DNA from: an uncultured bacterium
GTDB lineage: Bacteria > UBA8481
Direction of reading: 5' to 3'
Length of the DNA: 64,000 nucleotides
Assembly (NCBI GenBank): GCA_964499705.1
Contig: CAZCME010000021.1
Location: 1-64,000, forward strand
A program made the translations under genes and the position numbers. Below the pieces are notes generated by a model. It made no database searches. It was not told where the DNA came from and worked only from the letters and a program-made list of their open reading frames with translations. Positions 19,608 through 29,439 of the stretch are shown in pieces (the first letter of the stretch is position 1; the number at the start of each line of letters is the position of its first letter).

Positions 19608-21044
19608 TCAGTAGATTCCGCCAGACAGGGCTGCCTGGTTCTGGCCCATCGTTCCCACTCCGACCGCCGATCCTCCGAAGAAATTGCGTGTCTCGATTTC
19701 GAGGGCTGTCTGGAGCATGGCTGTGATGCGGCTGGCGACGGACGGCGAATTATAGATCCGATTTTTTTCCTGCAATGTCCTTGCTTCTTCCCGCAACTTC
19801 GCGGCGGCGTCGTCATAGCGGCCGGCGACCACATCAGGGGACGTCGCGGCCCAGGCCAGGTCCGCCCGCAGCGCTTCACGTTCGGCCATGATGTCGATTT
19901 TCTGCGATGCTTCCGCCAGGCGTCCGTCGCTCGTCAAGAGGATCCCCAGCGACATCGTCAGTACTTCGCGACGAACGACAGACGTCCCCTCTTCCGTGGA
20001 TGCCGGTCGATCGAACTCGATCCGGATCCGCGCGATCCGTTGCAGATCGCCCTTGCCGGCGGCGAAGAGATTCGGATTCACCGTGAAGTCGACCATGATC
20101 GATTTCTCCTCGCCTGCGGACAGGGTCGGCGCGAGGATTTCGACGCGGCGCCCTCGTCCGCGGGCCTGGTACTTGTAGGCGGTGGCGAATTCGACGCCGG
20201 GAGGCAGATCCAGGCAGATGCGCATGTTGTCGATGAAGCGGTTGTCGCCGCGACTCATCTCCCCGCGGATGGCCGCGGGAATCCGCTCGCCCTGGGTCAC
20301 GTACGCATACCCGCCCCCGGATCCTTCGCCGAGCCGGATGAATGTGGACGCGTCATAGTCCACGCCGACGCCCATGGCCGTGATGATGATCCCTTCCTGC
20401 CCCAGCGATTCTCCCAGCCTCGCGAGTTCATCGCCCTCCAGGCCGACATTGGCTTTGCCGTCGGACAACAGGAGGATCTGCCTGCCGCGCCCCGGCACGT
20501 TCTGCTCCCGCAGAATTTTCGCCGCCAGGTACAGGGCTCCCGAGAGAAACGTCTGGCCATCCGCCGTGATTTGCCGCGCCAGCGCGGCGATCTCCTGTCC
20601 GCTGTCGGTTACGGCCGCGAGATTTCGAGCGACGCTCACGTTGTCCGAGAACGTCACGATGGCGAGGCGGTCGCCCGGTTTCAAGAGCTCCGCCGCTTCG
20701 CATAGACCCTGGCGCGCGAAACCGATCCGGTCTTCTCCGGCCATGGATCCGGATCGATCGAAGACCGCGACAAAGTCCGTCGGCGGCCGATTAAGAAGGA
20801 CGCCCTCGGGCGCCTTGATCGTGAGGCGCATCGGAAGAGTGGCAGGGCCCTGCCGCGCGACGCGCCCCTGCGCGAGTTCCGCATGCGCCGTGATGAAGGC
20901 GCGGGCGCTGTCCGATGCGTCCGGCACGTTTCCCGCCTCCTCGATCGGAATGGGCTTCTCCGGTTTTCTGAAGCTGATGTCGGGCATCGCCAGGGCGGTG
21001 CCCGCCGCGATGATCGTCCACATGAATGCTGTCGCGCGTTCCAT
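19608..21044 (-). CDS. Secreted von Willebrand factor A domain protein (YfbK-like)
   Basis: Signal peptide, DRSGSM MIDAS motif, LLSDGKANVG; SD AGGAGG. Confidence 0.88.
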   Translation of the reverse strand: MERATAFMWTIIAAGTALAMPDISFRKPEKPIPIEEAGNVPDASDSARAFITAHAELAQGRVARQGPATLPMRLTIKAPEGVLLNRPPTDFVAVFDRSGSMAGEDRIGFARQGLCEAAELLKPGDRLAIVTFSDNVSVARNLAAVTDSGQEIAALARQITADGQTFLSGALYLAAKILREQNVPGRGRQILLLSDGKANVGLEGDELARLGESLGQEGIIITAMGVGVDYDASTFIRLGEGSGGGYAYVTQGERIPAAIRGEMSRGDNRFIDNMRICLDLPPGVEFATAYKYQARGRGRRVEILAPTLSAGEEKSIMVDFTVNPNLFAAGKGDLQRIARIRIEFDRPASTEEGTSVVRREVLTMSLGILLTSDGRLAEASQKIDIMAEREALRADLAWAATSPDVVAGRYDDAAAKLREEARTLQEKNRIYNSPSVASRITAMLQTALEIETRNFFGGSAVGVGTMGQNQAALSGGIY

Positions 21045-21162
21045 ATCGTCCTCCTTGGTATTTCCTGCACTCCTGAGACGCCCGTCGCCACGGATTTATT
21101 CGCCCTCCTTCGAATTTCATGAAGTTAATGCCTGCCGCCGGAAGTTCCTGTAGAGTCTCCGC

Positions 21163-22128
21163 ATGGCGATCCAGGGCATCCAGGGTTCGAGCGTGCTGAT
21201 CACGGGCGGGACGGGTTTCATCGGCACGGCGGTCGCGGAACAGCTGCTGGCCGGAGGCGCGGCGAAGATCGTTCTGCTCGATAACAAGAGGCGGAACGCG
21301 GGCAAATACGCCAATCTGACCGGACCCGCAGTTCAATTGACCGAGGGGAGCATTCTCGACAGGGACGTCATCATGAAAGCCATGCGGGATTGCGATTTTG
21401 TCCTGCACCTGGCGGCCATCGCCGGCGTCGATTCCGTCGCGCTCCGCCCGACCGAAACCATGGAAGTGAATCTCCTGGGCACGAGGATCCTCATGGATGT
21501 CGCGCGCGAACTTAAACCCAGGCGCGTGATCTGCTTCTCGACGAGCGAAGTCTACGGCCCGTATGTCTACCGGGGGAACGAACAGAGCATGACGACGCAG
21601 GGGCCGGTCGGAGTCTTCCGATGGGCCTATGCGGTTTCCAAGCTGGCGGCCGAGCACTGGGCCCACTCGTACGGCCTCGATTACGAACTCGACGTCGTCA
21701 CAATCCGTCCGTTCAACATCTACGGTCCCCGCCAGGTGGGCGAAGGAGCCGTCCGGAAATTCGTCATCGCCGCGATCAAGGGCGAGCCTCTTCGGATCAA
21801 CGGTGACGGCACGCAGATCCGTTCATGGTGCTACATCGACGATATGGCGGAAGGCACGATCAGGGCGCTGTTTGCGGAAGGGGCCCGGGGCAAAGCTTTC
21901 AACATCGGCAATCCCCGGTCCACGTTCACGACGTACGGACTGGCCGAGAAGATCGTGTCCATGTCATCGTCGTCCTCGCCCATCGTCAGCGTCCCGGCGC
22001 TGGCCGCCGACGTCGAGATCCGCGTTCCGTCCATCGACAGCGCCCGTTCGATCCTCGGGTACGAGCCCGCGATCTCGATGGATGAGGGATTGCGGAGAAC
22101 GATCGCGTGGTATCGCGAACACATTTGA
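21163..22128 (+). CDS. NAD-dependent epimerase/dehydratase (extended SDR)
   Basis: TGGTGFIG, STSEVYG, YAVSK, RPFNIYGP. Confidence 0.93.
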   Translation: MAIQGIQGSSVLITGGTGFIGTAVAEQLLAGGAAKIVLLDNKRRNAGKYANLTGPAVQLTEGSILDRDVIMKAMRDCDFVLHLAAIAGVDSVALRPTETMEVNLLGTRILMDVARELKPRRVICFSTSEVYGPYVYRGNEQSMTTQGPVGVFRWAYAVSKLAAEHWAHSYGLDYELDVVTIRPFNIYGPRQVGEGAVRKFVIAAIKGEPLRINGDGTQIRSWCYIDDMAEGTIRALFAEGARGKAFNIGNPRSTFTTYGLAEKIVSMSSSSSPIVSVPALAADVEIRVPSIDSARSILGYEPAISMDEGLRRTIAWYREHI

Positions 22129-22168
22129 AACGCATGAAGTATGAAAGCATGACTTCATCCGGAAAATT

Positions 22169-23602
22169 GTGAAACGCGTCGTCGTTCTCGGCGCGGGTCC
22201 GGCCGGCATCACGGCCGCCTTGAAGCTCTCCGAGACGGGTCATGAAGTCACCGTCATCGATCGGCATGAATTCGTGGGCGGAGCGGCCGCCTCGCGTCCC
22301 ATCGATAACGGAAAATACAAGATGGATTTCGGACCTCACGCTTTCCATCTCCGCAATCCCGACGTGAACAAGATCCTCTACGATCATTACAGCGGTGCGC
22401 TCCATACGAAGCGCCGCAACGAGCGTATTCTTGTGAAGGGGAAATTATTCCGTTATCCGCTCGAGATCATGGAAGTGACCAGGAACCTGCCCCTGGCCCT
22501 CACGGTGGGCATGTTCCTCGGACTCGTTCAGGCACGGATTCGCCTTCGAACCGGCTTTTCCGGGAGAACCGACACGGACTTCGAATCCTGGGGGCTCCGG
22601 CGTTTCGGCGGGCCGCTGTACCGTTTCTCGTGCGGCGCCTACACGGAGAAAGTCTGGGGCACGCCTGCGCGCGCGCTGTCTTATCTCCTGGCCGAGCAGA
22701 AGATCAAGGAGATACGGCTGCGGGACATCGCGAGAAAGCTCATGGGTGGCCGCGGCGAGGAGCATAAGCGTTATTGGGAGGAGTATGTCTATCCCGAGGA
22801 CGGGATCGGCGTCATCTTCGACAACATGCAGAAGAGGATGGAGGAAAGGGGCGTGCGATTTCTGCTGGGGGCGGAGCTGGAATCCTGCGAGGAAGCGAAC
22901 CGGCGGGTGGAGCGGATCACGGTGCGCGCGGGCGGGAAGAGCGAATCTCTTCCCGCCGATCTTGTCGTTTCGACCGTGCCGCTGTCGCATGTCGCGAACG
23001 CGTTCCGGAACGCGGGCTCGTCCATGGCCCTGCACGGCGGATTCGCGCTGAAATATCGCGGACTCATTCTCATCAACATGGTGATCGACCGCGAGCGCGT
23101 GACCCCGTACGACTGGGTCTACATGCTTGATCCCGAGTTCAACTGCAACCGTTTCACCGAGCAGAAGAACATGGGCGCCCAGATGATCCCGCCCGGCAAG
23201 ACCGTGCTCTGCTTCGAATACAGCTGCGACTACGACGACGAGAGGTGGAATGCGCCCGACGAGGAACTGAAGGAGAAAGCGCTCCAGGATATCGACCGCA
23301 TCGAGATGATCGACCGCGCCGCGGTTTCGGGATGCTATGTCTCGCGGTTGAGAGACGCCTACCCCATGTACCGCGTCAACTTCGAGAAGAACCTGGAGAG
23401 CGTCATCGATCAGCTCGCGACGACCTCCAACTTTTACTCCCTCGGCCGGCAGGGATTGTTCCTGAACACGGACATCCATGACTCCATGGAGATGGCGATG
23501 AACGCGGCGGGGGAGATTGCCTCCGGTCGATCCCCGGCGGACTGGTACGGCACCGCATGGCAGTATCTGACCGGCCGGATCGGAATGAAGCGGAAGGCGT
23601 GA
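22169..23602 (+). CDS. FAD-dependent oxidoreductase (HemY-like/UDP-galactopyranose mutase-like)
   Basis: GAGPAG, VGG, DFGPHAF, YTEKVWG, YP..G.G, AYP.Y, GRQG.F. Confidence 0.8.
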   Translation: MKRVVVLGAGPAGITAALKLSETGHEVTVIDRHEFVGGAAASRPIDNGKYKMDFGPHAFHLRNPDVNKILYDHYSGALHTKRRNERILVKGKLFRYPLEIMEVTRNLPLALTVGMFLGLVQARIRLRTGFSGRTDTDFESWGLRRFGGPLYRFSCGAYTEKVWGTPARALSYLLAEQKIKEIRLRDIARKLMGGRGEEHKRYWEEYVYPEDGIGVIFDNMQKRMEERGVRFLLGAELESCEEANRRVERITVRAGGKSESLPADLVVSTVPLSHVANAFRNAGSSMALHGGFALKYRGLILINMVIDRERVTPYDWVYMLDPEFNCNRFTEQKNMGAQMIPPGKTVLCFEYSCDYDDERWNAPDEELKEKALQDIDRIEMIDRAAVSGCYVSRLRDAYPMYRVNFEKNLESVIDQLATTSNFYSLGRQGLFLNTDIHDSMEMAMNAAGEIASGRSPADWYGTAWQYLTGRIGMKRKA

Positions 23603-24555
23603 GCGTGACGCCGGAACTTCACACGGTCACCGGCGCCTTCGGCTATTCGGGGAAATACATCGCGGCGGGCCTTCTCCAGGAGGGATATCGCGTCCGGACC
23701 ATCACCAATTCCGGAGCCCGCGAGCACCCGTTCGGGGACCGGATCGAAATCCGCGGGATGGATTTCGATTCCCCTGCGGCGCTGACCGAGTCGCTCCGGG
23801 GAACGGACGTTCTCTACAATACCTACTGGGTCAGGTTCAATTATTCCGGCGCCGGCGTCTCGTTCCAGCATGCTCTTGCCGTGGAAAACAGCCGGAAGCT
23901 GTTCGATGCCGCGCAACGCGCGGGTGTCAGGCGGATCATCCATGTCAGCATCACGAATCCTTCGCTCGATTCGCCCTATGAATATTTCCGGGGAAAGGCG
24001 GAGCTCGAGAGAGATCTCCAGGGAAGCGGCATCCCGTATTCGATCCTGCGCCCCGCCGTTCTCTTCGGGCATGAGGACATCCTCGTCAACAACATCGCGT
24101 GGATGCTGCGCCGCTTCCCCGTCTTCGCGCTCTTCGGCCGCGGTCACTACCGCCTCCAGCCGATCCACGTGGACGACTTCGCTCGACTTGGGGTACGGGA
24201 GGGCAGAGCTGAGGGCTGTCGAATCATCGACACCGTCGGGCCGGACACCTTCACCTACCGCGATCTCGTTCGCGGCATCGGCGAGGCCATCGGATTCCGT
24301 CGCCTCACGCTGCCGGCTCCGCCGAAGTTCGGATACCTCGCCGGCCGCATCGTCGGTCGTTACGTCGAAGACGTGACGATCACGAACGAGGAGATCGAAG
24401 GGTTGATGGCTGATCTGCTGCATACCGATTCTCCGCCCGCCGGATCGACGAGGCTCCTGGAATGGGCGCGCGAGAACGCGAAGACCCTCGGTGTGAAATA
24501 CTCCAGCGAGCTCGCCCGCCGCCGCGATCGGCATACGGCTTACGAGAAGTTGTGA
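23599..24555 (+). CDS. Atypical SDR / NAD(P)-binding epimerase (NDUFA9-like)
   Basis: VTGAFGYSG, HVSITNP, YFRGK, QPIHVDD; GTG overlaps the upstream stop. Confidence 0.85.
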   Translation: MSVTPELHTVTGAFGYSGKYIAAGLLQEGYRVRTITNSGAREHPFGDRIEIRGMDFDSPAALTESLRGTDVLYNTYWVRFNYSGAGVSFQHALAVENSRKLFDAAQRAGVRRIIHVSITNPSLDSPYEYFRGKAELERDLQGSGIPYSILRPAVLFGHEDILVNNIAWMLRRFPVFALFGRGHYRLQPIHVDDFARLGVREGRAEGCRIIDTVGPDTFTYRDLVRGIGEAIGFRRLTLPAPPKFGYLAGRIVGRYVEDVTITNEEIEGLMADLLHTDSPPAGSTRLLEWARENAKTLGVKYSSELARRRDRHTAYEKL

Positions 24556-27077
24556 AGACAACGCTCCCACGGTTCTTCGCGGCGGATCAAGATCCCGCGC
24601 CCATGCCTCCCGCGGCGGGCGGGCTGATGGCGCTCGATCAGTTCCGCATGGACGGAAAACCATGGATCGTCAGCGCCGACACGATCGGTCAACTGCGCCT
24701 GCATCCGAGCGATGACCGCAACGTATTCGATTCCTCGGCTCTCCGGGATGTGAACGCGAATGAAGTTTCGAGTTCCATGCGTGAGCTCCACGCGAGAAAA
24801 CTCTGGCTGTTTCTCATGCGAGGCGTTCAACCCCGGGGCGATGTGCCCGGGTTGAACGATCCGGTCGAGGTTCGCGGGGAGTTCTTCGGCCCCTTTCCTT
24901 CCGAGTCGCCTGTAATGGTGCAAGGTCATCTGGCGTCCACCCGAGGTAGCGTGCTCGATGGTCTCCTGATGGGATCATGGACTCCTTTTTATCTGAACGG
25001 CGAATCCAGGAGCGTCACCAGCACACTGCTGGCGGGCTCGGGACCTGAAGAACTTTTCGAATCGCTGGTGCTTGGTTACCCCATGACGGAGTACACCATG
25101 AAACAGAATGACATGAACAATGATCCCTTCGTGCGCGTCGTGGTCCGGGATCTTCTCAATGTCATGCGCGTCGAACAGATCGCCGAAGGGGGAGGCAAGC
25201 TGAGTGAAAGGGAAATTCCCGCGATCAGCCGCCCCGAGCTCATCGAATCGCTCGAATCGCGAGGATACCGGATCAGCGGAGAGATTGCGGAGCGCCGTCC
25301 CGACGGAATACTCGGGAAGATATATCAGGAGCAGATCACGCTCCCGCCCACGGCCTCGACGCGCGAACTTCTCGCGCTCGCGCGACTTGCGCTCGCTGAA
25401 ATTCCGGGCTGGTTGGATCTTTCGCGCGTGATCCACACCCGGCTCGAGCTGCAGGAAGCATGGTGGACTCCGGATGATCAGGCAGGAATCTGGCCGCTCA
25501 ATCGCGACCCGTACACCATCGAAAACGGCGTTCTCGTCTCTCCGGTGGGCAATCGCAAGACGGATAAGACCGGTCTGGAAGGGGAACTGGACGTCAAATT
25601 CCGCAGCGTCCATTTTGCTGTCGATCCGGCATTTGCCGCGCAGGCGAGTTCGATGAACCTGGAGGTCGAATATCTCGATCGTGGAAAAACTCCCGGGGAA
25701 AATATTTCCGCAGGGTTCACGACATCGGGAGAAAATAAGTACGCCGGAGGTGTCAGCTGCAACGATAGTGGAGAGTGGCGCCGGATGACGCTTCGGTTCG
25801 ACGGCGCGGAAATGCGGGGGAAAGCGTGGAATGGAGCGGACTTCTGGATCATGATCAAGACGCTCCAACCGGCATGCATACGCCGCGTGAGCTTGAAGCG
25901 GGTGGCGCCGTTGATACCGGCTGACGCGAAGAAACAGAAGGCGGCTGAATCAGCGCCTCAACAACCGGAGCCGGATTCTGAATCGCGGCAGGAGAGCGAG
26001 ACGGACGAGCCTCGTGAGAATATCTCATGGGCGCCGGACCAGTGGCTTGCGTTGCACCAGGTTCAACTTCGCGTGGAAGAAAAGCGGCTGATCATGAGAA
26101 TTACCGGCCGTGATCCCTATCTTCGAGGTCCGGGTATTCGAATACGTGGTCCGGTCGAAGCCCTATTCCGCATGAAAGCGACCGGCAGCGGAGATGGCCA
26201 GATATTCTGGCAGACCTTGACGAATCCTCACTTTGAGGAGGCCGCATCGACCCACTTTCCCTTGATCCACGATGGTCAATGGCGCGAGCATCGAGTGCGA
26301 TTGTACGAGCAGGGTGAGATCGCGTGCATCCGACTTGATCCGGGAAATGAGAGTATCACCGCGGAGCTGGATGGATTCTCCCTGGTGCCGATCGAACCAC
26401 CGGTTTTGCCGGAGCCGCCGCAAACCGGTCGCGTTGTCTATTTCGATTCCCGATATACCCCCGGTTGGAATTCCGCCGCTGCGCGGATCGCCGAGCAGTT
26501 TGAGAAAAAAGGATTCACCATTGTCGACGCGGACTGTCTGGCCGGCTGGATGAAAGCGAAAACCCGCGCCGGCGCCCCCGGTTCGGTCTGTGCGATGGCG
26601 GTGGATAGTTTCCCGGACACCATCTTCGATTCGTCATGGCCGGACTGTACTGTGCGCCAATTCATGGATGCCGGAGGCCGCGTGGCATGGGCCGGAGATA
26701 TGCCTTTTGCGGTGCGCGGCTTTTCGAACGGGGAGAAGTCATGGGTCGGCGCATACGGCGGGCCGAAGTATGCCTGCGGCTTTAATGCACACGCCGGCGG
26801 CGACGTGCCGGAGGCGCCCGAGATCACCGATGAGGGGCGCGCCTGGGGAATGCAGTATGCGGCGACAGACGGTTGCCACGCGGCGAATATCAGCGACGTG
26901 ACCGTGGTCCTGGCCCGCGTTGGAAAGTTCTGCGCCGTCTCCTGGCTTAAAACCTACAACGCGAATTTTCCCGGAAGCGGCCTGCTGCGGTATCGAAATC
27001 GCGGTATAAACGGCGGCAATGATGCGGATATCGAAGACTTTGCCCGCGTGGCGTTGCATGGATTGGCGTCGCCGTAG
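24552..27077 (+). CDS. Large multidomain hypothetical protein with putative carbohydrate-binding beta-sandwich modules
   Basis: About 840-aa ORF with GTGA coupling; Trp/aromatic-rich beta modules separated by a P/E/Q-rich linker. Confidence 0.7.
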   Translation: MKTTLPRFFAADQDPAPMPPAAGGLMALDQFRMDGKPWIVSADTIGQLRLHPSDDRNVFDSSALRDVNANEVSSSMRELHARKLWLFLMRGVQPRGDVPGLNDPVEVRGEFFGPFPSESPVMVQGHLASTRGSVLDGLLMGSWTPFYLNGESRSVTSTLLAGSGPEELFESLVLGYPMTEYTMKQNDMNNDPFVRVVVRDLLNVMRVEQIAEGGGKLSEREIPAISRPELIESLESRGYRISGEIAERRPDGILGKIYQEQITLPPTASTRELLALARLALAEIPGWLDLSRVIHTRLELQEAWWTPDDQAGIWPLNRDPYTIENGVLVSPVGNRKTDKTGLEGELDVKFRSVHFAVDPAFAAQASSMNLEVEYLDRGKTPGENISAGFTTSGENKYAGGVSCNDSGEWRRMTLRFDGAEMRGKAWNGADFWIMIKTLQPACIRRVSLKRVAPLIPADAKKQKAAESAPQQPEPDSESRQESETDEPRENISWAPDQWLALHQVQLRVEEKRLIMRITGRDPYLRGPGIRIRGPVEALFRMKATGSGDGQIFWQTLTNPHFEEAASTHFPLIHDGQWREHRVRLYEQGEIACIRLDPGNESITAELDGFSLVPIEPPVLPEPPQTGRVVYFDSRYTPGWNSAAARIAEQFEKKGFTIVDADCLAGWMKAKTRAGAPGSVCAMAVDSFPDTIFDSSWPDCTVRQFMDAGGRVAWAGDMPFAVRGFSNGEKSWVGAYGGPKYACGFNAHAGGDVPEAPEITDEGRAWGMQYAATDGCHAANISDVTVVLARVGKFCAVSWLKTYNANFPGSGLLRYRNRGINGGNDADIEDFARVALHGLASP

Positions 27078-27103
27078 TCGTTGACGTCGCTGTCGCCGTC
27101 GGA
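27068..27103. repeat. Left arm of inverted repeat (six GTNGNC-type hexamers)
   Basis: 27071-27101 is the reverse complement of 27485-27515 at 30/31 positions. Confidence 0.9.
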
Positions 27104-27127
27104 TACTGCCGGACGGAGAACTATTGT

Positions 27128-27475
27128 ATGAAAATGAAACTTCATCACGAAGATCTTGATGCCTATCAAGCCGCAATAGAGTTCCTTGCGATTGCCGCCA
27201 GGTTGATCGACCAGTTTCCGCGAGGTTACGGCTCCCTCGCCGATCAACTCAAAAGGGCGTCACTTTCAATTCCTTTGAACATCGCTGAAGGATATGGCAA
27301 GAAAAGCGTTGCAGACCGTGCACGCTATTACGACATCGCGCGCGGTTCTGCGCATGAATGCGGTGCGATTTTCGACGCGTCGAAAGTCCTCCAGCTCATT
27401 GATGAGTCCACCTTTGATACAGGTAAAGTCCTGTTGCATCGCATTGTTTCAATGTTGGTTAAGATGTCAGTATAG
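27128..27475 (+). CDS. Four-helix-bundle protein (23S rRNA IVS protein / Avd-like family)
   Basis: HEDLDAYQ, LADQLKRASLSIPLNIAEG, YDIARGSAHEC signature; visibly more AT-rich than its neighbours. Confidence 0.92.
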   Translation: MKMKLHHEDLDAYQAAIEFLAIAARLIDQFPRGYGSLADQLKRASLSIPLNIAEGYGKKSVADRARYYDIARGSAHECGAIFDASKVLQLIDESTFDTGKVLLHRIVSMLVKMSV

Positions 27476-27482
27476 TTATTTC

Positions 27483-27554
27483 GACGACGGCGACGGCGAC
27501 GTCAACGACTACGGCAACGTCAACAACGACGGAAACGGCGACGAGCACGACTAC
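27483..27554. repeat. Array of 12 degenerate hexamers (consensus GNCRAC) containing the right inverted-repeat arm
   Basis: gacgac ggcgac ggcgac gtcaac gactac ggcaac gtcaac aacgac ggaaac ggcgac gagcac gactac. Confidence 0.9.
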
Positions 27555-27588
27555 GGGCAATCGGAGTTGTTACTTATATATGCGAGGC

Positions 27589-28818
27589 TCAATCACTATC
27601 ATTGCACGAGCCCTGAGCGACGACAGAATTCTTCCCCTTCCAGGCGAACCATGCGGTCCCTGCAATTCCGCACAAAGCCGCCGAGATGAAATTCACGGCC
27701 GGTCCCATCGTCCACAACCACGCTCCGCCGAACGCAGCGACCGAGACGATGCAGTCTCGGATGAGATAATACAGCCCGAAAGCGGATGCTTCGCGTCCGC
27801 GCGGCGCCAGATCCATGATGAGGGCCTTCCGCGGGGCTTCGCCGAATTCCTTCAAGCCCCGGACGATGAACGCGACGATCAGCCGGGACATGTCATGGCT
27901 GAAGAGAAGAATCAGCGGAAAGAGCGTGAAGTTCACGAATGTCATGAGAACGAACGGCTTCTTTTCCGCTCGATCCGCCGCGGCCGCGACCGGGATATAG
28001 ATCAGGACGGCCGTGGCCATCTCGATCGCCGTGAGAAAACCGAATTCAATCGCGCTGACAGGACGGCTGATCGTCTTCATGCACCAGATGACGACGAAGG
28101 CATACGGGATCTGCTCGCAAAAGCGGATGAGGATGTCCGAGACGAGCAGATGCTTCAGATTCGGATTCATGGCTTGCCAGATCTCGTGGAACCGAGGCGT
28201 CGCCAGGATCACATGTTTCTCCCCGGGGATGAACTTTCTCTGGATGAAGATGGAGATGACGGCCATGGCAAGGGCCGCGACGAAGGCCATCCGCACGCCC
28301 GTCGTTTCGCCATGGGAAACGATGAAGAAGCCTCCGACGAGCGGCCCCAGCGCCATGGGAATCCGCCGGACGAGCGAATGCATGGAGACTCCCATGGTTC
28401 GTTTCGCCCGGGGCAGGTGTTTCGCGATCATGCTCATCGTGGCCGGCAGCGAGAGCGAGGTCCACGAGAGGAAAAAGAAGGCGCCGAGGATGACCGCTTC
28501 CCAGCGCGGTACGACGATGACGATCAGAAATCCGATCGCCGCCATGACGTTGAAAAGGAGCAGCGCCTTCCGGGGCCCGAGCCGGTCCGAAAGAAGCCCA
28601 CCCACCCAGGAGTAAATTGCGGAGAGGAGATTATCGAGACCGTTCAGCAATCCGACCGCGAAGATGCCGCCGCCGAGAGCGAGGAGATAAATGGGAAGAA
28701 ACCGCTCCGCCATCTTCTCGCCCATGCCGACGAAGATCGCCATGGACAGAAGCGCGATCATGGAACGGCGGAGCGCGAGAAATTCTCGAACGGGCGCGCC
28801 TGGAAAGCGGGAGAGCAT
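27589..28818 (-). CDS. MFS transporter
   Basis: About 12 TM, GGLLSDRLGPRK motif A, repeated as ADRAEKK. Confidence 0.92.
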   Translation of the reverse strand: MLSRFPGAPVREFLALRRSMIALLSMAIFVGMGEKMAERFLPIYLLALGGGIFAVGLLNGLDNLLSAIYSWVGGLLSDRLGPRKALLLFNVMAAIGFLIVIVVPRWEAVILGAFFFLSWTSLSLPATMSMIAKHLPRAKRTMGVSMHSLVRRIPMALGPLVGGFFIVSHGETTGVRMAFVAALAMAVISIFIQRKFIPGEKHVILATPRFHEIWQAMNPNLKHLLVSDILIRFCEQIPYAFVVIWCMKTISRPVSAIEFGFLTAIEMATAVLIYIPVAAAADRAEKKPFVLMTFVNFTLFPLILLFSHDMSRLIVAFIVRGLKEFGEAPRKALIMDLAPRGREASAFGLYYLIRDCIVSVAAFGGAWLWTMGPAVNFISAALCGIAGTAWFAWKGKNSVVAQGSCNDSD

Positions 28819-28882
28819 TTTCTTCAGGACGTGAGCCTATCGCGGCGGCGGGGATCGATACAGTTCGGATATCTCCGGTCGA

Positions 28883-29305
28883 TCAGACCGGAGGAATCAC
28901 CACGGCGTGGCCGCGGCCGACGACCTGGCCGCTTTGATTCGTCACCTTGAAGCTGATCGTGCAGAGATTGATCTTCTCGTTCCGGTCCGTCACTTCCGCC
29001 ACGACCTTGACCGTGTCGCCTATGAAGATGGGCTTCATGTACTTGGAATACATCTCCCGCGCGATCGTCCCGAGGCCGGGGAAGTGCATGCCGAGGACGC
29101 CGGAGACGATACCGGACAGGAGAACGCCATGCGCGATGCGCTTCTTGAACGGAGATTGCGCGGCGTATTCGTCGTCCACGTGGAGCGGATTCGCGTCGCC
29201 GGTCGCTTCCGCGAAGAGGCGGATATGGCGATCCTCGACCGTGTAGTCCACCTCGATCTTCTCTCCGAGCGGAAGTTCCGCGAGAGTGCGCCCTTTCTTC
29301 ATCAT
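28883..29305 (-). CDS. MaoC family (R)-hydratase/dehydratase
   Basis: FAEATGDANPLHVD...RIAHG, FPGLGTI, PIFIGD. Confidence 0.92.
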   Translation of the reverse strand: MMKKGRTLAELPLGEKIEVDYTVEDRHIRLFAEATGDANPLHVDDEYAAQSPFKKRIAHGVLLSGIVSGVLGMHFPGLGTIAREMYSKYMKPIFIGDTVKVVAEVTDRNEKINLCTISFKVTNQSGQVVGRGHAVVIPPV

Positions 29306-29439
29306 GATAGGAGAATGTAGGCAGAAGCGGGCGCGGGGGCAAGGGGAAAGGAAGAAGAGAAGAATCATTTCGGATTCTGGACTCAGGATTACCAAAGTAT
29401 TTGGTTCGATTTGGCTGCCTGTCATGGTAAGCTGCCGCC

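Noticed and set aside
24552-27554. Diversity-generating retroelement (Avd-like gene plus AAC-rich tract)
   Set aside because: No reverse transcriptase in the window and no template/variable repeat pair differing at adenines. The repeat is inverted, not direct.
27483-27554. CRISPR array
   Set aside because: Period of 6 nt with no repeat-spacer structure and no cas genes.
27294-27689. ORFs reading through the hexamer array (DGDGDVNDYGN peptides on both strands)
   Set aside because: These are translations of the repeat arms that overlap real genes, not independent proteins.
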